Source of the DNA: a virus
Taxonomy: Duplodnaviria; Heunggongvirae; Uroviricota; Caudoviricetes
Virus record (IMG/VR): IMGVR_UViG_3300003691_000003
Span: 14,097 to 78,096 of that record
Length of the DNA stretch: 64,000 nt
Strand: one strand, 5' to 3'
Numbering within the stretch: position 1 is the first letter of the stretch; the number at the start of each line of letters is the position of its first letter. The translations under genes were made by a program, and so were the position numbers. Shown piece after piece: positions 62,164-64,000 of the stretch. The notes beneath the pieces are model-generated. The model did not search any database. It was not told where the DNA came from and worked only from the letters and a program-made list of their open reading frames with translations.

Positions 62164-62886
62164 ATGTCACTTGGAGACTGGTTAACTAACGCCAACAACA
62201 TATTTAGAAGAGACTCACCTACCCACGCCACTAGAAGTCCTGGTACGAACTCGGGCCTACCCCCAACCATACCTGTACAGCCTTCCATTAGTGCGACTTC
62301 TGACTTACCTCAAAATGCTACCTTTCGTGTTAACGGACTTGGAGGCGGTTTAGCTAACAGTGAAGGGACCATAAATACTTACCGAGGGCAACCAATAGGA
62401 GTGCGTGGAGTGTCTAGCCCGACTGAGTACTTAGAAGACCGATACCTTGGAGGGTATGGCGCCACTGAGGAAAGCCGTCTTCATAGAGAACGTGCTGATA
62501 GGGCTCAAAATGAGTTTGCAAGAATGTACGATATGAACGTCGAAATTAATAACGTCGATCAGGAGCGCGAAGACTACTATCGGGACATGTCTCGTGGAAC
62601 CAGAACGGAGGTTCGCTACGAGCAGGAAGTCTGTGAATACAGAGGAATGGAGGTTATGCCTGACACTTGTCCTCGTGATGATAGAAGATACTCTAGAAGA
62701 CATAGTAACAGAGTGACTGACATGCGCACCGGAGAGCCTATACCTATGGAGAGGCTAGAGCATAGATTGAACTCCCTTAGCAATAGGTTGTCTGACTGTC
62801 ACCATACCATATCCCAGCTTAAATCTGAGCTGGAAAAGTATAAAGCTCTAGCCGCAACCGGCGTATCTAACTTATTCGAAAGCTAA
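62164..62886 (+). CDS. hypothetical protein
   Basis: 240-aa ORF with an AAGGAGG RBS, Arg/Glu-rich. Confidence 0.5.
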   Translation: MSLGDWLTNANNIFRRDSPTHATRSPGTNSGLPPTIPVQPSISATSDLPQNATFRVNGLGGGLANSEGTINTYRGQPIGVRGVSSPTEYLEDRYLGGYGATEESRLHRERADRAQNEFARMYDMNVEINNVDQEREDYYRDMSRGTRTEVRYEQEVCEYRGMEVMPDTCPRDDRRYSRRHSNRVTDMRTGEPIPMERLEHRLNSLSNRLSDCHHTISQLKSELEKYKALAATGVSNLFES

Positions 62887-62907
62887 AGTCACCTTTTGCC
62901 CATTTTC

Positions 62908-62932
62908 TGGTATAATGAATATGTAGGAACAC
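62908..62932 (+). promoter_or_regulatory. extended -10 promoter copy 18
   Basis: TGGTATAATGAATATGTAGGAACAC. Confidence 0.5.
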
Positions 62933-62941
62933 AACCCACCT

Positions 62942-63154
62942 TTGATTTTCAGGAGAGAGAACTTGGAAGATTATAAACTAGACTCTGTTACAGGAGGCAT
63001 AACCTGTAAGGGCATCCCCTTAACTACTGAAGATATTGTAGATTTATTGAACAGTAGACAAAACCTAGTGTTTACAATTAGTAAACTCATGAAACAATTA
63101 AATGACGTAAAGAAGCCTCCCGAGAGAGGCATGCCAATGACACGAGGAGGTTAG
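62942..63154 (+). CDS. hypothetical protein
   Basis: Promoter copy 18, then a 70-aa ORF. Confidence 0.4.
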   Translation: MIFRRENLEDYKLDSVTGGITCKGIPLTTEDIVDLLNSRQNLVFTISKLMKQLNDVKKPPERGMPMTRGG

Positions 63155-63155
63155 C

Positions 63156-64000
63156 ATGGCTAAGATAGCAGACTTAACACTCGAAGAACTCTACGACAAA
63201 CCAAAGATCACTCCCTTAGTACTAAAGCATATCCAGGAGAAGGATAAGTTCAATGTTATTAATGAGAGATACTGTAATGCTGCGTGCATGCTGTGTTCTA
63301 ATAATAAAGAATCCATCAGTACATACCACAAGGCAGCAGACGTAGTAATAATTCAAGATCACAGACCTATCGCAGAAAGATATAAGTCTACCGCTCAGTT
63401 AGAGAGGATACACGAACAGATCACTGCATTTTTAGCCAATAAGCATTTCCCGAAAGGCACAGTGTTCCGTACATTGAACACACTCAAGTGCAACGTTACT
63501 CTTGAAAACTTAGAAGGTAAATCAAGCTTAACCGAGACACGTGTAAAGAGATGTGCTCCCTACATGCTAGATGAGATACGTAGGAGCGGTGCTAAGGTAA
63601 TAATATCTACGTCGACCGTGGCCACTAAGGTATTAGGTCTTACTGGGTACAGTAACTACAACAACCGTGGAGAAGTACATCACTCACCGGTGGTTGATCT
63701 TCCAGTAGTACTTACCTTGCACCCTAAAGTATCAACTATGATCAGGCAGAATAGTTCAGGTCAAATGTGGGGTCCTGACTTCTTCGGAGTGTTGGAAAGA
63801 GACTTTGCAAAGGCTGGCCAACTGTTGTCTGGTGAGCTAAGCATGCCGAATCTAGATGAAGCTATTAAAGAGGCTACTAAAAGAATCTTTATATGTAAAA
63901 GTCTAAATGATGTACGTAAGTGGACCAAGTTCCTTATGGAAATACCTTCCCACAAACCAATAAGTTGGGACTTAGAAACGTCCAGCCTAGACCCCTGGGT
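63156..64000 (+). CDS. DNA polymerase, N-terminal part (truncated at the window edge). An extra N-terminal domain precedes the family-A 3'-5' exonuclease motif.
   Basis: GGAGG RBS, then an ATG at 63156 with an open frame to the window end. The last residues, KPISWDLETSSLDPW, match the Exo I motif of PolA-type proofreading domains (D.ET.SLD). The preceding ~270 aa, with Cys residues CNAACMLC and an LTLHPKVS motif, could be a degenerate UDG-like domain as seen at the N-terminus of some phage PolA enzymes. Confidence 0.5.
   Translation, partial: MAKIADLTLEELYDKPKITPLVLKHIQEKDKFNVINERYCNAACMLCSNNKESISTYHKAADVVIIQDHRPIAERYKSTAQLERIHEQITAFLANKHFPKGTVFRTLNTLKCNVTLENLEGKSSLTETRVKRCAPYMLDEIRRSGAKVIISTSTVATKVLGLTGYSNYNNRGEVHHSPVVDLPVVLTLHPKVSTMIRQNSSGQMWGPDFFGVLERDFAKAGQLLSGELSMPNLDEAIKEATKRIFICKSLNDVRKWTKFLMEIPSHKPISWDLETSSLDPW

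Noticed and set aside
1-64000. tRNA genes, integrase/excisionase, repressor-type lysogeny module, CRISPR arrays
   Set aside because: I scanned for T-loop-like GGTTCGAATCC motifs and cloverleaf-sized palindromes in the intergenic regions. I also scanned for tyrosine/serine recombinase motifs and short spacer-separated repeats. None was found. The content looks strictly lytic.

Overview
This is an AT-rich 64 kb fragment of a large virulent phage genome. No integrase or lysogeny genes, tRNAs or CRISPR arrays are visible. The host is probably a low-GC Gram-positive bacterium, inferred from an L. casei-type thymidylate synthase insertion, GGAGG ribosome-binding sites and extended -10 promoters.

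The left 11 kb is a minus-strand virion-structure block. It holds a 1506-aa single-chain protein carrying both the bacterial RNA polymerase beta (GDK..HGNKGVISK) and beta-prime (AADYDGDAM) catalytic motifs. It also holds a large portal-like protein, a tail fiber with six fiber repeats and a C-terminal S74 intramolecular-chaperone domain, and two tandem receptor-binding paralogs with near-identical N-termini.

The rest is mostly plus-strand early/middle genes. Recognisable products are:
- an SNF2 helicase, a DinG/Rad3 Fe-S helicase, a DnaG-type primase fused to a P-loop helicase, and a DEDDh exonuclease;
- a Cas4/RecB-like Fe-S nuclease, thymidylate synthase, two HNH endonucleases, and the N-terminus of a family-A DNA polymerase;
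- a sigma-70-family sigma factor on the minus strand;
- a Lar-like restriction-alleviation protein, a CYTH (triphosphate tunnel) enzyme next to a polynucleotide-kinase-like P-loop kinase, a RyR-domain protein, and an SPFH/band-7 protein;
- a lipoprotein followed by a transglutaminase-like cysteine peptidase, and dozens of small ORFs with overlapping ATGA stop/start junctions.

The most unusual content:
1. The fused, minimal beta/beta-prime RNA polymerase in the structural module.
2. Fourteen tandem, diversifying ~80-aa HLV-CxxC-C-RLF proteins at 43.2-46.5 kb.
3. At least eight basic, glycine-zipper proteins that all start MNIYLEKIAEAK. This closely resembles the T4 internal-protein capsid-targeting sequence MKTYQEFIAE|A and its prohead-protease IxE cleavage site.
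4. An 18-copy extended -10 promoter consensus, TGGTATAAGTAtTATGTAGaGAAAC.
5. A 1.6 kb non-coding region (56.3-57.9 kb) packed with GTCACAG, GGAACA and TTGTACAA repeat families. It looks like a regulatory or origin hub.
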